This document shows, piece after piece, positions 21,229 to 30,619 of a stretch of 64,000 nucleotides of DNA. Position 1 is the first letter of the stretch. Every line of letters begins with the position of its first letter. Under the pieces are notes generated by a model. The model was not told the DNA's origin. It worked only from the letters and a program-made list of their open reading frames with translations, and made no database searches. This DNA comes from Candidatus Iainarchaeum sp. Lineage in GTDB: Archaea; Iainarchaeota; Iainarchaeia; Iainarchaeales; JAAZKV01. Position numbers and translations under genes: made by a program. The stretch lies in NCBI GenBank assembly GCA_026397015.1, contig JAPLVR010000003.1, forward strand, positions 32,001-96,000, read 5' to 3'.

Positions 21229-22524
21229 TTATACAATTTTTTTTAATTTTGCAATAAACACATTTTTTTGGCAGAACCTTGAAGGAAATCCTTTCGATTC
21301 AAATTTTTCAAAAAAATTTAAGAAATGCAATTTTTTAAGAACACGCCAAATGGTAGAAAACCCTTTTGGAACCCTTACGTACTCAAATGAATCAAATGAC
21401 GGAAACAGGGAAAATCCTTTCTCGCCAACAATATCGTAACCTGCTTTTTTAAAAATTTCAATCACCTGCGCTCTGCTTCTTGGAATTTCCGGGCCGAATC
21501 TTCTGCCAAAGCCATTTCTAAAAATAACCCCAATCATAGAAAGAGAATTCAAATTAGACAAACAAATTTTCCCATTTTTTCCAAGTGCCTTCTTGAGCTG
21601 CAACAAAATTTCAAGAACACGTTCTTTTGGAAGTCTGTTTAATGTATTTGGAAGAAAAATGGAATCAAAACCAGGCTGCCCGAAAGCACCTAAATCACCA
21701 CTCAAAATCTTAACATTTTTCAGACCAAGTGAATGACGCCTTTTTTCAAACCATCTTTTCAGCCCTTCTGAATAAACAACGCAAAAAAAATCTTTCTGCC
21801 TGTTTGCCGAAGCAATGGCAAAAGGAATATTGCCGTCAATATCATAAACGAAAAGATTTTTCGCCCCAAGAAGAGTTTCAAAAAAATGCAGTTCGTTTTT
21901 GAACTCGTATAAGAAAAGCGGCTTGTAACCAATCTCAGGGGATTTTGCAAAAACCGCCTTCTCCGAAAATTTTGCTATTTCCTCAAATTGCCAATCATCA
22001 GGGTTTTTGCTGGAACTTGAGGACAAAAAAAAATTATTGTAAACCGAATCATTAAGCACAGGTTTTGATGGTTTCAACGGCTTCTCAAATGGAAAGCCGA
22101 AGCCGACACAGGAAACAATCGAAAAGTTTGCAGGAATTTTTAACAATTCGGCAATTTTTTTTCCGTCACCGAAACTGTTTATCCACCACGACCCGATGCC
22201 GATTGAATGCGCATAGAGAAGCATGTTTTCTATTGCAGCCGAAGCGCTCTGAAAATTTGCATAGTTTCTGCTGTTGAAGCAATTGTCACACACAACAAAA
22301 ACCGGCGAAGGAATTTTTTGAATAGACACAAACCCGGCTTCCTTACAAATTTTTTCTTTTAACGCCAAATCAGAGATTACTATGAATTTTGTGAGCGGCT
22401 GATTGCAGGCGGAAGGCGCTTGAAGCCCCGCTTCGATTATCCTCAAAATAGTTTGTTCAGGCACTTCTTTCTGCTTAAACCGTCTAACCGTTCGGCGTTC
22501 CCATATGACTTCTTTAACATCCAT
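21229..22524 (-). CDS. Nitroreductase-family domain fused to a degenerate class I methyltransferase-like domain
   Basis: N-terminal ERRTVRRF, APSACNQP and ENMLLYAHSIGIGSWW. C-terminal FDSIFLPNTL...LGKNGKICLS...FIAKLKK. Confidence 0.8.
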   Translation of the reverse strand: MDVKEVIWERRTVRRFKQKEVPEQTILRIIEAGLQAPSACNQPLTKFIVISDLALKEKICKEAGFVSIQKIPSPVFVVCDNCFNSRNYANFQSASAAIENMLLYAHSIGIGSWWINSFGDGKKIAELLKIPANFSIVSCVGFGFPFEKPLKPSKPVLNDSVYNNFFLSSSSSKNPDDWQFEEIAKFSEKAVFAKSPEIGYKPLFLYEFKNELHFFETLLGAKNLFVYDIDGNIPFAIASANRQKDFFCVVYSEGLKRWFEKRRHSLGLKNVKILSGDLGAFGQPGFDSIFLPNTLNRLPKERVLEILLQLKKALGKNGKICLSNLNSLSMIGVIFRNGFGRRFGPEIPRSRAQVIEIFKKAGYDIVGEKGFSLFPSFDSFEYVRVPKGFSTIWRVLKKLHFLNFFEKFESKGFPSRFCQKNVFIAKLKKIV

Positions 22525-22569
22525 AAAAAAACCGTTCAATTTTATTTATCCTTTTTTACTCTCCTTTTT

Positions 22570-23967
22570 TTATCTGTCCCTCAATAATTCATTCATGAAA
22601 GGGCTATTTATTTTGTTGCCTTTTGCCATCTCTTCAATTGCAATAAAAACCTTTAGAAGAAGAAACAAAAATTTTGTTTCAACAACGAAATTCTCCGGTT
22701 TGCCCGTCTTGATATTATAATATTCAACAAATAAATTTTTGAATGAGTGCGCGCCCAATATGCCTTCCAAAATTTTGGCTGCGCCCCTTGCATATTTTTT
22801 GTTCCCTGAGAGTTCGGAAAGTTTCAACAGAACAACAAGAAAATCGGTCTGGGAATCGAGGCGCGAAATAAACTTTTTTTCCATTGAGGGATTAGAAATT
22901 TTCAGCGGAGAGGAGTATTCAAAAAAAATTTCTGGAATAAGCCCTGACTTATCCGCCTTGGAAAGCCATGCACTCGCAACCGACTCCGCAAGGTTAAGCG
23001 CCTCTTTTTTTCCTGTTACCTTATAAATTTCCAAAAGAGCGTCAATGACAGCGTGGTCGCCGCCCAAATAATGCACTTTCCAGTCGCCGGGCCAAAGCGC
23101 CCTGAAAACTCCTTCACCCATTAACATTTTTTGTTCAAGCGCATTAACCCACTTCTCAAAAACATTTTCAAGAAAATCGCTTTTTGAAGAATCATAAACC
23201 TTCACCAGCCCGAATATCAAATTTACATTGCTTTTGGTAAGCATAACACTGTCAATCGGCAGACCGGTTTCTTTCTTAAAAATCAAGCCAATAACGGGTT
23301 TTAAAATCCTTGAAGTAGAGGCAAACGAAAATAACCCATTTTCTTTGAAAAAACTGTTTTCAATCCAAGGTTCAGAACTTTTTTCTGCGAATTCAAAATA
23401 CTTTTTGTTTTTAGAATAATTTGAAAGATTAACTGCTTCTTCAATGTAGAGCCCGGTAAATTTTCCGTTAGAAACAGGCCACTTAATCCAATTCGATTTT
23501 TTGTAACAAATAAAATTATTACTAATCATTTCCGAAGAAAGCCCGTCGAAAAAATCTGCGCATGATTTCAAATAAAATTCGTCTTTGGTAAGTTGATACA
23601 TCAGGTTTAACCCTAAAGAGACGTCCGACATTTTGTCCGCATCAAAATAATTTTTTTTTGCCTCAAAATCGCGTTCGCCAAACTTTGTTAAAAATAATCC
23701 ATTGCCGGCTTGAAACTGACGAATTGAAATTTTTGAAGTGCTTTCAGCCCATTCGACAAAATCATTTCGCCCGCGTACTTTCCCCCAATACCAAACAAAA
23801 GGAAAACAATCCCCGAAATCGCTAACCGTCGGCTGCCCGAAATTTTTACCTGATTTTACATCAATGAAACAGCGCGGCACCTCGCCGCTTTCAAAGGATT
23901 CCAATAATGTTTCAAGCATTTTGTCCATTCTTTTTTCAAAAAAAAGAAGACGATTTTTGGCAAACAT
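22570..23967 (-). CDS. Helical-repeat, probable (alpha/alpha)6-barrel protein (AGE/glycoside-hydrolase-like)
   Basis: Recurrent LYxxTGxxxYL-type helical repeats (MYQLTKDEFYL, IYKVTGKKEAL, LSELSGNKKYA). No signal peptide. Confidence 0.6.
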   Translation of the reverse strand: MFAKNRLLFFEKRMDKMLETLLESFESGEVPRCFIDVKSGKNFGQPTVSDFGDCFPFVWYWGKVRGRNDFVEWAESTSKISIRQFQAGNGLFLTKFGERDFEAKKNYFDADKMSDVSLGLNLMYQLTKDEFYLKSCADFFDGLSSEMISNNFICYKKSNWIKWPVSNGKFTGLYIEEAVNLSNYSKNKKYFEFAEKSSEPWIENSFFKENGLFSFASTSRILKPVIGLIFKKETGLPIDSVMLTKSNVNLIFGLVKVYDSSKSDFLENVFEKWVNALEQKMLMGEGVFRALWPGDWKVHYLGGDHAVIDALLEIYKVTGKKEALNLAESVASAWLSKADKSGLIPEIFFEYSSPLKISNPSMEKKFISRLDSQTDFLVVLLKLSELSGNKKYARGAAKILEGILGAHSFKNLFVEYYNIKTGKPENFVVETKFLFLLLKVFIAIEEMAKGNKINSPFMNELLRDR

Positions 23968-23996
23968 AATAGCATATTTTTAGGTGCCAAAACTAT

Positions 23997-25430
23997 TTAA
24001 TAGTGAATTATTCTGTTGAAATCGATTTCGCCGAACAAAAACAAAATGAGCACAAACCCGATTGAAAGGACAGCGCCCTTAATAACGAAGAGAATTCCTT
24101 GGAAAGGAAAGGCAGCTGAAATCAGAAAAACCACCGCGCCCGCGAATAAAATTTTTGTAAGAGTTTTGAAACTGAAAAATCCGCCGACCTTCGCACCGTA
24201 AAAAAACCCAAACAAAATGAATCCGAAGATTGAGGAAATTGCAGTGGCGGCGGCCGCCCCTTCAATCCCAAACAAAGGAATCAAAAATAAATTGAGAATC
24301 ACATCCAAAAGAAGCATCAAAAACATTATTCCAACAGAAAGCCCAAGTTTTTTTGCAGAGGTGGCGATAGAATTCAAAATCATGCACAGTGCAAAAAAAG
24401 CCATGCCCACCGAAAGAATTATCAGTGCGTTCGCCCCAATTGCATACCCTTGGTTAAATAAAAGCAATAATATTTCTTTTGGGGAAGAGGCGACAACTGA
24501 AATGCACAACACGAGAAACATGGTTGAATATTTCAGGGAGTTTCTCGAAATTTTCCCGATTGAATGAACATCTTTTTCGCTCGCTGCCGCCGAAACGAAA
24601 GGGAAAAGCAAAAACGGAATTGCAAGCACCACCATGTGAGGCAGTTTGGAAATCGTCTGCACAGCAACATAAATCCCTGAAAAATAATTATCCTTCAATA
24701 TTGCTTTTATGAGAAACAGATCAGCCGTTTCAAAAAGCTGAATAAATATTGCAATCATTATCAATGGGGCGGAATAGTAAATAACCTGTTTGAAAGAAAT
24801 ATTTGATTGCTGTTTTGAATCCCTGTTTTTAAAGACAAAAAAAATGGAGAGAAGCGCGGCAACAACGCTGGCGAGCACAAAGCCCGCAACCGAGCCAAAA
24901 ACTCCAAAGCCGACAACCGCCAACAAAAGAACAAGAACCGTTTTTGAAAAATTATAAACTATCTGAAGAATTGATTCTTCTTTGAATTTTTTCATCCCGT
25001 TCAGATAGCCCCAACCGAGGGCATAAAGCGCGCTGAAAGGAAACACAAAAGAAATCAGGCGTATGTAATGCGCAAATGAAGCGTCATTAAAAAAGGCAGC
25101 GACATTTTCCGCCCAAACAAAGAAAACAACAAATAAAAAAAGCGAAAAAGAGAATTGAACGAAAAAAACCTTCTTCACTACTGAAAAACGCCCTTTTTTC
25201 TCAACCGCTACGAAGTGGGAAAGCGTCTGCAAAAAAGAATTTTTGAATATTGTGGTGAAAACCGTTGCCAGCGAAATTATTATCCCGTAAACTCCGAATT
25301 CAGCCGGTGAAAAAAAATACTTTCCGAGAATTATGTAAACTAAAAAACCGGAAACAAAAAGAGCCAAATTTCCAAGGACAAGCCAAAAAAGCCCTTTTCG
25401 TATCTCCCGTAAATTAAATTCTTTCACCAT
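23997..25430 (-). CDS. Wzx/MOP-family oligosaccharide flippase
   Basis: About 14 TM helices. EFGVYG, LFPFVS and LNLFLIPLFGIEGAAAAT. Confidence 0.92.
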   Translation of the reverse strand: MVKEFNLREIRKGLFWLVLGNLALFVSGFLVYIILGKYFFSPAEFGVYGIIISLATVFTTIFKNSFLQTLSHFVAVEKKGRFSVVKKVFFVQFSFSLFLFVVFFVWAENVAAFFNDASFAHYIRLISFVFPFSALYALGWGYLNGMKKFKEESILQIVYNFSKTVLVLLLAVVGFGVFGSVAGFVLASVVAALLSIFFVFKNRDSKQQSNISFKQVIYYSAPLIMIAIFIQLFETADLFLIKAILKDNYFSGIYVAVQTISKLPHMVVLAIPFLLFPFVSAAASEKDVHSIGKISRNSLKYSTMFLVLCISVVASSPKEILLLLFNQGYAIGANALIILSVGMAFFALCMILNSIATSAKKLGLSVGIMFLMLLLDVILNLFLIPLFGIEGAAAATAISSIFGFILFGFFYGAKVGGFFSFKTLTKILFAGAVVFLISAAFPFQGILFVIKGAVLSIGFVLILFLFGEIDFNRIIHY

Positions 25431-25587
25431 TCAAAAAAACCTTCAATTAATGCGCTTCAAAATCGAGCATATACTAATTTGTTTTTATCTCTTTAAAAAA
25501 GATTTGGTATAGTATAAAGTTCATAAGGCAATCAAAATCAGCGAAACATTAATTCAGGGAAAAAAATAAATTTGTTGCTTTGTTGAA

Positions 25588-27174
25588 GTGAGCGGTTTGA
25601 AGGACAAACAATCACAGTTGCCAAGAAAATTGTGGACCTGGCTGCCTGCAATGGCAATAATCTTTGCAGTCATTTTTATACTTCTGCAGCTGCAAAAACC
25701 CATAGCCGCGGACGAATTCTGGTATTTTGACAGTGCAAAATCTCTTCTACAAACAGGAAAGCCGCTTTTGCAATTCTGCTCAAACAGCGTGCCAGTTCTC
25801 TTTGAAGGCCATCCGCCGACATACATCTACTATCTCTCAATTTTTTTTGCACTCTTACCGGAACAGCTGATAAGATTTTCCGGAATTCCGGTCTTTCTGG
25901 CGCTCATATTTTTAACATACCTTGTCAGCCTGAAAGTCTTTTCGGAAAAAAGGAAAGCGATTTTTGTCACGGCACTTTATGCAATAAACCCGCTTGCAAT
26001 ACAGGGCGCGCTGCTGCTCGACATAGACAACACAATTCTTGCAATCGCAATAACTTTTTTCGTGCTTATTTTATTACACATTCAGGAGCAAAAAAATTTT
26101 AGGACAAGGATTGTTCTTGCCTCAGCGTGTTTCGCCTTAATTTTATGGGCAAAAACAACTGTGATTTTTATAATTTCAGTCGGGCTCGTTGCGTACGCAG
26201 TTCTTTTCGACAGGAAAAAAATAAAGGAAAATTTTGTGATGGCTCTCGGCGGGATAATTTTGTTTTGTGCAAGCTGGGCAGTATTTTGCGCCATCAGCGG
26301 AATTGAATTCTTAAGCGTTTTCGGATACATCGCAAGCACATTTGCAAGCAAATCAACATTGAGCGTCTCCGACAAAATTGTAACAATTTTATACTCAGGA
26401 TTAAAACAAAATATCCTGTGGATAACGATTCCGCTTTCGATTTTTTTCTTCTTGGGCGCAAAGAACACGAAAAACAAAAATCTGAAGCTTTTCGCGCTCG
26501 TGTCAATAATTGCTTTCATCCAGTACCTCCTTTCAATACCTTCAGGATACAGATTTCCAAAGTATATGGCGGCCTTTTTGCCGATGATAATAATTGTTGC
26601 GGGGGATGAAATAATAAAAATAGATTTCGAAAAGGCAAAAAAATTAATTCCAATTATTCTTTTTCCGGGCGCAGTATTTTTCGCGCTCCTAAGAGATCCT
26701 CTGGTGCACGTCAAAACATTTGCAGACGCCGTTTTTGTTGCCATAATAAACACACTTGCTGCCATGCCTGCGCTTTTTGTAAAAAGAAAAAAAGAGGTGC
26801 TGCTACTGCTTTACATCGGCACGTGTATCTATATAAACATTTTCCAATTGACCACTGACAGTTCAACGCTTTACAATTACAGCGAAAGGGGCCTTGTCGA
26901 CACAGCGCAATATTTGAAAGCTATGCTGCCAGCCGACTCAAACATATACACCTCCGGAAAAGAAATTGCATATTATTCCGGAACGAACAAGTATTGCTTC
27001 AAAACGCAAAACTTCACTGAGGAAATAGAGAAAAATTGCGTAAAAATGATTGTGTTGAAAAGGTATTGGGAGGAAAAAAATAATCCCGAGCTTGAGGAAA
27101 TTACAAAAAGCAATTTCTCGTTCCAAAAAGAATTCGGAGATTACAGCATTTATTCGACAAATGCGTGCAAATAA
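25588..27174 (+). CDS. ArnT/PMT-like GT-C glycosyltransferase
   Basis: AADEFWY (DE motif), GHPPTY, LYAINP, multiple TM helices and a C-terminal soluble domain. Confidence 0.85.
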   Translation: MSGLKDKQSQLPRKLWTWLPAMAIIFAVIFILLQLQKPIAADEFWYFDSAKSLLQTGKPLLQFCSNSVPVLFEGHPPTYIYYLSIFFALLPEQLIRFSGIPVFLALIFLTYLVSLKVFSEKRKAIFVTALYAINPLAIQGALLLDIDNTILAIAITFFVLILLHIQEQKNFRTRIVLASACFALILWAKTTVIFIISVGLVAYAVLFDRKKIKENFVMALGGIILFCASWAVFCAISGIEFLSVFGYIASTFASKSTLSVSDKIVTILYSGLKQNILWITIPLSIFFFLGAKNTKNKNLKLFALVSIIAFIQYLLSIPSGYRFPKYMAAFLPMIIIVAGDEIIKIDFEKAKKLIPIILFPGAVFFALLRDPLVHVKTFADAVFVAIINTLAAMPALFVKRKKEVLLLLYIGTCIYINIFQLTTDSSTLYNYSERGLVDTAQYLKAMLPADSNIYTSGKEIAYYSGTNKYCFKTQNFTEEIEKNCVKMIVLKRYWEEKNNPELEEITKSNFSFQKEFGDYSIYSTNACK

Positions 27175-27603
27175 ATGGTGAATTTTATGAGTGGAAGAAT
27201 GAGCAATTTCGCGGACAGAATTATTAAATGGAAATTTTTCAGATATTGCTTTTGCGGCGGAATAGCCGCGCTTGTGGACATGACGGTGTTTTTTTCTGCA
27301 AATGAAATTTTCAAGCTGCACTACCTAATAGCGCTTGCGATTTCATTCACCGTCGCAGCGGGTGTTAATTATTCCCTGCAAAGAAAGATAACTTTCAAAA
27401 ACACCTACAAAAAAATGCACAAACAATTCCCAGTATTCGTGGCAGTAGAATTAGTCGGGCTTCTGATCGCAGGGGTAAGCATGACGGCGCTTGTGGAAAT
27501 CTTCCGCCTCTGGCCGACATTGGCAAGGTTCATTTCAATATTTATCGCGCTGGCGTACAATTACACGGCAAATAAAAAAATAACTTTCAACATGATGAAA
27601 TAA
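27175..27603 (+). CDS. GtrA-family flippase-like protein
   Basis: FFRYCFCGGIAALVD, NYSLQRKITF, NYTANKKITF and 4 TM helices. Confidence 0.9.
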   Translation: MVNFMSGRMSNFADRIIKWKFFRYCFCGGIAALVDMTVFFSANEIFKLHYLIALAISFTVAAGVNYSLQRKITFKNTYKKMHKQFPVFVAVELVGLLIAGVSMTALVEIFRLWPTLARFISIFIALAYNYTANKKITFNMMK

Positions 27604-27647
27604 AAAAAGGCGGCAAAAGAATAAAATAAAAAAAAGGTGGCAACAAA

Positions 27648-28469
27648 GTGAAAAAATACAAAAATATAGAAGGAAGTTATTACGAGGAGGCGCACGGCGG
27701 CCGAAACGGGGTGCAGCAGTTTTTCTACAAATCAAGGGAAGATTATTTCATAGAATTCATGGGATTGAGAGGAAACGAGAAAATAGCGGACATTGGATGC
27801 GGATCTGGAACGTTTACACGCGCACTTGCAAAGAAATATCCAAATATAGAAATGACAGGAATTGACATATCGGAAGACGCAGTTACGTTCGCGAAAAAAA
27901 CCGCAAAATTTGAAAAAATCAAAAACGCGAATTTCACGCAAGGCGCTTTGGAAAAAATTCCGGCAAAAGACAATTCTTTTGATGCAATAATCGCATCCCA
28001 TGTAATTGAACACATCCCGAGCCCGAAAAAGGCATTAATTGAAATTAGAAAGAAGCTTCGCAGCGGCGGAACGCTTTATTTAACAACTCCAAATTACATC
28101 TCACTCTGGCCGCTCGCCGAACTTGTTTTTGACAAAGCAATGGCGAAAAAAGGTTATAGCCTGGATGAACAACACATCTCACGCTTTAATTTTTTGACGA
28201 TAAAAAAATCTGTTGAAGGGGCGGGGTTTGAAATTGAAAAAATCAAAACACTTTACATATTTTCTCTTGAAGGGGAAATTCTTTCGCAAACGCTCGGCAA
28301 GATTTTATTTTGGTTTGATAAAAAACTTGACTTTTTGCCTTTTGGAATGATAATTTACATCAAAGCAAAAAAAAAACCAGTGAAAAAATTTAATTCTAAT
28401 AAATTCAAATCAAATATTCGAAACTCAACTAAAAAATCTCAATCTCAAAATTCAGCCAAAAAATCTTAA
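27648..28469 (+). CDS. Class I SAM-dependent methyltransferase
   Basis: IADIGCGSG, SFDAIIASHVIEH, LTTPN. The C-terminal tail may result from an A10 homopolymer indel. Confidence 0.9.
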   Translation: MKKYKNIEGSYYEEAHGGRNGVQQFFYKSREDYFIEFMGLRGNEKIADIGCGSGTFTRALAKKYPNIEMTGIDISEDAVTFAKKTAKFEKIKNANFTQGALEKIPAKDNSFDAIIASHVIEHIPSPKKALIEIRKKLRSGGTLYLTTPNYISLWPLAELVFDKAMAKKGYSLDEQHISRFNFLTIKKSVEGAGFEIEKIKTLYIFSLEGEILSQTLGKILFWFDKKLDFLPFGMIIYIKAKKKPVKKFNSNKFKSNIRNSTKKSQSQNSAKKS

Positions 28470-29147
28470 TCTCAAAAGAGTGAATGGAAATTTTACTATT
28501 TCCATCTTTCTTAATTTCGATTTGCCCGAAGTCCTGTCGGCGAAAAATATAGGCACTTCTTTTATTTTCGCGCCTTTTTTGTGACAATGATAAATCAGCT
28601 CTTCCAAAAAAGAATAGCTCGTTGATTTTATCTTTGAAAAATCAATTTTTTTTAGAAGTGATATTTTGTAACAGCGAAAACCGGAAGTAAGATCATTTGC
28701 AGGAACTCCCAAAATAAGGCGCGCCAAAAAATTTGCGCCGCCGCTGATTATTTTTCTTGAAATAGCCCAGTTAGTTCCCCCGCCGGCAACATAGCGAGAG
28801 CCTATCACCACACCAGCGCCAGCTTGGATTTCACGTATAAAATCTTTTGAATAATCAAAATCATGGGAAAGGTCAGCATCCATCGAAAAAACAACATCCG
28901 CGTTCAGCTCAAATGCTTTTTTGAATCCCGCAAGATAGGCGGAACCAAGCCCCATTTTGCACGGCCTGGAAACCAAAAAAACTTTCCTGAATTTTTTTGC
29001 AGCCTTGGCGGTGCCATCCGGCGAATTGTCATCTACAACTATTGCCTTAAATTCGACGCCCTTTATTTTCTGGGAAAGGATTTTCGGAAGAAGACGTTCA
29101 AGATTTTTCTTTTCATTATAAGTCGGAATCACTACTGCAGCAATCAA
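28452..29147 (-). CDS. Polyprenol monophosphomannose synthase (DPM1-like GT2)
   Basis: IPTYNE, VDDNSPDGT, GLGSAY, MDADLSH, IGSRY, DLTSGFRCY. Confidence 0.95.
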   Translation of the reverse strand: MIAAVVIPTYNEKKNLERLLPKILSQKIKGVEFKAIVVDDNSPDGTAKAAKKFRKVFLVSRPCKMGLGSAYLAGFKKAFELNADVVFSMDADLSHDFDYSKDFIREIQAGAGVVIGSRYVAGGGTNWAISRKIISGGANFLARLILGVPANDLTSGFRCYKISLLKKIDFSKIKSTSYSFLEELIYHCHKKGAKIKEVPIFFADRTSGKSKLRKMEIVKFPFTLLRLRFFG

Positions 29148-29241
29148 ATTACCACATAAACGAATGGAACCGTTCAGAATAAAAAGAATAACTACAAAAA
29201 ATAGGTTGATGGATTTAAAATTTTTTTGAAGTGGTAATTAA

Positions 29242-29985
29242 ATGATAGGAATAATAGGCGGCTCGGGATTGGAAGACCCGAAACTACTACATAACGTTAG
29301 GGGGGTTAAAATCAAAACCCCCTTTGGAAAGCACACGCCGATAAAAAAAGGAAAAATAAACGGAATTGAGGTTGCAGTGCTTTCAAGGCACGGATACAAA
29401 CATGAACATTCGCCCACTGCGGTGCCTTACAAGGCAAACATGTGGGCGCTGAAAAAACTGGGTTGCAAGGCAATAATTGCGACGAGCGCATGCGGCTCGC
29501 TCAAAGAAGAAATAAAACCAAACACATTTTCGCTGCCTTCACAATTTCTAGATAGAACGCATCACCGCGACCAGAGCTATACAGAGCATGGAAAAGTGTT
29601 GCACATTTCAATGGCGGAACCTTTCTCGGCTGAACTGAGAAAAATACTTTTAAAAAAATGCAAAGAACTTGGATATGCTTGCACGGCAGAAACAACAGTT
29701 GTGACAATTGAAGGGCCGAGATTTTCAACGAAGGCGGAGAGCAAATTTTACCGCTTGCTCGAATGCGACCTCATCAATATGACTACTGTGCCAGAAGTCT
29801 GCCTGGCGAAGGAAATTGAAATCCCCTACCAAGTAATAAACCTTGTAACAGATTATGACTGCTGGCGCGAGGGAACGGCACCGGTTTCATTTGAAAAAGT
29901 GATGAAAGTGATGCGGGAAAATGCCGAGAAAGTGAAAAAACTTATTGTCGAAACTCTTCCTGAAATAGACGAAGAATTTCGCTAA
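29242..29985 (+). CDS. mtnP: S-methyl-5'-thioadenosine phosphorylase
   Basis: IGIIGGSGL, SRHG, ACGSL, EGPRFSTKAES, NMTTVPE, VTDYDCW. Confidence 0.95.
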   Translation: MIGIIGGSGLEDPKLLHNVRGVKIKTPFGKHTPIKKGKINGIEVAVLSRHGYKHEHSPTAVPYKANMWALKKLGCKAIIATSACGSLKEEIKPNTFSLPSQFLDRTHHRDQSYTEHGKVLHISMAEPFSAELRKILLKKCKELGYACTAETTVVTIEGPRFSTKAESKFYRLLECDLINMTTVPEVCLAKEIEIPYQVINLVTDYDCWREGTAPVSFEKVMKVMRENAEKVKKLIVETLPEIDEEFR

Positions 29986-30028
29986 TCAAATTTTATATTA
30001 CCAGAAATCCAATATTACCAGTTAGTTT

Positions 30029-30544
30029 CTATATCGCGCCGAACAGGGAAAAAACCCCCACTGTTAAAATTGTGACAATTATTCCGGCGATTGTGACGCC
30101 GATTGCATCTGCTATGAAAAACTTTTTGTACCCCAACCCCAAAAGATTTCCTATAAGCGCGCCTGTCCACGCGCCCGTTCCGGGCAACGGAACTGCAATG
30201 AAGAGCGCCAAGCCAATCACCCCATATTTTTCAATCAAATTATGGGATTTTTTTTGGGCGCGCACCACAATTTTATTGTAAATTTTTTTTATCCACCCTA
30301 CTTTTAAAAAAATAAAAAGAATTTTGTCGACAAAAAAATAAACAACCATTCCCGCGGCGATGTTTGCCAGCACACACACCATAAAAACAAGCGGAACAGG
30401 AAGGCCAAACCCCTGGACAGTCCCAAGCAGGGGCACATTTTCAACCGTTTTGAAAACCCCTATCGGAATGCTCCACCTGAGTTCGAGAAAAGGCACTGCT
30501 GACAGTAAAACCAGCAAAACAATTTTATCAAGCATCAAAAACAT
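30029..30544 (-). CDS. Putative small multidrug export protein (COG2426-like)
   Basis: PFLELRWSIP and FIAVPLPGTGAWTG signature. Confidence 0.88.
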   Translation of the reverse strand: MFLMLDKIVLLVLLSAVPFLELRWSIPIGVFKTVENVPLLGTVQGFGLPVPLVFMVCVLANIAAGMVVYFFVDKILFIFLKVGWIKKIYNKIVVRAQKKSHNLIEKYGVIGLALFIAVPLPGTGAWTGALIGNLLGLGYKKFFIADAIGVTIAGIIVTILTVGVFSLFGAI

Positions 30545-30619
30545 TGAGAAGTAAAACTATAAAAACTAGTTTGTTCTAATTAATACGCGGAAAAATGCCT
30601 TTTACAAAGATGATTATTA

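Noticed and set aside
21229-22524. BluB (DMB synthase) assignment for the nitroreductase
   Set aside because: Only generic nitroreductase motifs are visible, and there are no other cobalamin synthesis genes nearby.
26082-26765. Long antisense and alternate-frame ORFs (e.g. 26082-26765, 36503-37099, 10777-11352, 51949-52497)
   Set aside because: They are shadows of well-supported genes on the opposite strand and have no motifs of their own.
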